From Takakia lepidozioides (Eukaryota > Plantae > Bryophyta): a DNA stretch of 64,000 bases. The notes below the pieces were generated by a model, which saw only the letters and a program-made list of their open reading frames with translations, searched no databases and was not told the origin of the DNA. The stretch is taken from positions 14,756,001 through 14,820,000 of the forward strand of contig CM060734.1 in NCBI GenBank assembly GCA_030704615.1. The letters are read 5' to 3'. A program made the position numbers and the translations under genes. Positions 62,068-64,000 of the stretch are shown here, piece by piece (position 1 is the first letter of the stretch; each line of letters opens with the position of its first letter).

Positions 62068-62783
62068 TGTAAAGCCCCATATTTGCTTAGCCTGAAAATG
62101 GCCCGTTTCATCCAAAACGGCGATACACATCCATAGTATAACTTTTCGGCATATAAAGTCGTTAAACCATTACAATTATATCTAGGTTAGGGTTAGTTTT
62201 GGCTTGTGGCCACATCCTGGCCCTTTATCAGATCTAGGGTTACTAAGCGGCGCCGTGGGTTTTGGCTTGTGACGCCTCGCCACGCGGCGAGCAACTAAAG
62301 CTAGGGCTTTTGTATAAAGACGGTGCCTTGACACAAGGTCAGGGCGGTGTATTCGGGTGTTAGTGTATATGTGATTTTGGTGTACAAGCTTTGGATGAGA
62401 GCTCATGTGTGTCAGATCCTCGTGCTTGATCCTCCTCTCGTGCATTGCCTGCTCTTTCCGCTTGCCCCTTTGTTGTGAAAACTTGTTTCTTGAGAGGAAA
62501 GGAGTATATGCTTCAGGCTCGTTTTGTGGTGGAGAGAAGCCGGGTAGTGTCTAGGTGTTTTAGCATCCACTGCCCGCTTTGACAACATTGTTAGGTTGTT
62601 GAGGGATCTGCGCGCTAATCTTTTTATCGTTGCTCTCTAAATTTCAATCTTGTCTGATGGCCTCCAGCCACCTTGCGATGTTTTCTCCTGCTGTTTCGTA
62701 TTTTCTTTCTCATCCTGCTCATTGTGCTGTGTTGCAGGACGATGGCCTCAGTGCGTAGTACTAGCTGTGTAGCACGCAGAGAG
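62068..62783 (+). mobile_element. 5' terminal repeat (62068-62526), PBS-like site and leader of element Y
   Basis: Starts TGTAAAGCC. Similarity to the 3' copy stops at CGTTTTG (62526), followed directly by TGGTGGAGA (complementary to a tRNA-Ala-type 3' end CUCCACCA). Confidence 0.8.
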
Positions 62784-62788
62784 GGAGA

Positions 62789-64000
62789 ATGTCGTGGCCC
62801 TTTGCCTTGAGGGCAGGGGGTCGGGACACAGAAGGGGCTGCCCCTGTGGTGGGGGCAGTAGCAGCGATAGGTACGGGGGCTGAAGCACCCTTGAGTGCCC
62901 AAGGCACTCAAGGAGGCGGAGGCGCTCACTAGGTGGAGCCCCGCACACCGGGTTGCGGTGGGGGTGGCTCCACAAGGGGTGGTGGTAGCTTAGCGGGACT
63001 TAGTGGGGGTGGCATAGGACTCACCATGGGGTGGAGACCTCGTGGTGGGAGTCGTGGGGAGTCTTGGGACTCATCTCGGCCCAATGGGGCCGTGGTGAGT
63101 GGGCCAAGACTCACCGCAACTCACCACCGAGAGTCGAGGGTCTTCGTGGTGGTTCACCATAAAATGGCATGGTTGTTTGTGAAACCCCCGCGGACAGCTA
63201 CAAAAGTATATATAGGGAGTAGTAACCCCGAGAACGGTGCAAGCCCGTTGGTGACCAAAAACTAGTGAGTAAGCGAGCGAGCCGGAAAGCGACCAAAGAG
63301 TGGGGAGCTGTTCCGGACTGCCATCTACCAAAGGGAATTCCCGCTAGGCCCAAATTGGTGGAGGGTCTTTCGAGAGATCGAAGGGGGACCGTTATGCCCC
63401 GGTGAGCAGCCGAAGCTCCAAGTTGGCCCGGCGGCCAGGTTGGGAGTCAGGCGCGCGCATCAAAGCGAGTAACAATGACTTGAAGGGGAGCTTACCGAAG
63501 TGAGGTGCGCGACACTTGGTATCAGAGCTTAGAGTTCAGTACGCGATCGTCCTTGGGATTGGCCTCATCATGGGGTCGGGCAAGCCAAAGCGAAAGCGGA
63601 ACGGCCCAAAAGATGATGATCCTGGTGAGCCCGATGGGGGCGACGTGTCACCGAGACGGCCGTTTGAGGAAGCGATGCATGTTTCCGAAAATGAGGCCGC
63701 TCAAGAGCGGGAGGAATCTGAGGAGTCGGAGCCCGAGGAATCCCTGAGAGCTCCGACCGACCAACAGATGCATCCCATGCCGGCAGCCTTTTGGGAAGGG
63801 TTGTTGGCGCAATTTGGCGGGACGTTGAAAGACGTGTTGAAGGCGGCTAATGCCACTTCCACTAAGACAAAGTTTAAGGTGAAGCCTAAGGAACCCGGCA
63901 CCTTCGAGGGCGTCCAAAATCGGAAGGCACTCAACACCTGGCTCTTGGAGCTAGAGCAGTACTTCCGGGCGGCCAAGTTGAGTGACGAGGATCGGGTGGA
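62789..64000 (+). mobile_element. 5' half of the chromoviral gypsy element: 5'LTR 62789-63514, tRNA-iMet PBS, start of gag
   Basis: TGTCG...CGACA LTR; PBS TGGTATCAGAGC at 63517-63528; gag KPKEPGTFEG...LNTWLLELEQYFRAAKLSDEDRV runs off the window end. Confidence 0.92.

Noticed and set aside
1-64000. tRNA/rRNA genes and the many 60-130 aa ORFs
   Set aside because: No RNA gene recognised (only PBS complements). Most short ORFs are antisense or off-frame shadows of the TE and lipin sequences.

Overview
Eukaryotic nuclear DNA, by inference from a non-seed land plant (GT-AG introns, PLS-type PPR remnants, Tcn1-like chromovirus, Dualen-like LINE). One host gene can be modelled: an 11-exon lipin/phosphatidate phosphatase (30019-41391, +) with a 4 kb exon and an in-frame TAG. 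The rest is nested, mostly decayed transposons: a Pack-CACTA with shuffled PPR and OSB-type PDF fragments (348-6368), head-to-head L1 5' ends, a kinase/hairpin/RING block, a hAT transposase between 50-bp-period palindrome arrays, a copia remnant and five copies of one LINE 3' end. Highlights: (1) a Ty3/gypsy polyprotein with a DNMT3-like C5 cytosine methyltransferase between protease and RT, plus a C-terminal PHD finger; (2) an RNase H + RLE (Dualen-like) LINE with a PCIF1/CAPAM-like adenine-methyltransferase-fold domain; (3) an LTR-like integrase element with permuted ends (A...B-A-B), as expected from integration of an LTR-LTR circle; (4) an inversion at ~58808 that split a nested chromovirus/LTR element/host exon stack, supported by matching target-site duplications. 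All domain calls are by-eye motif recognition; no searches were run.
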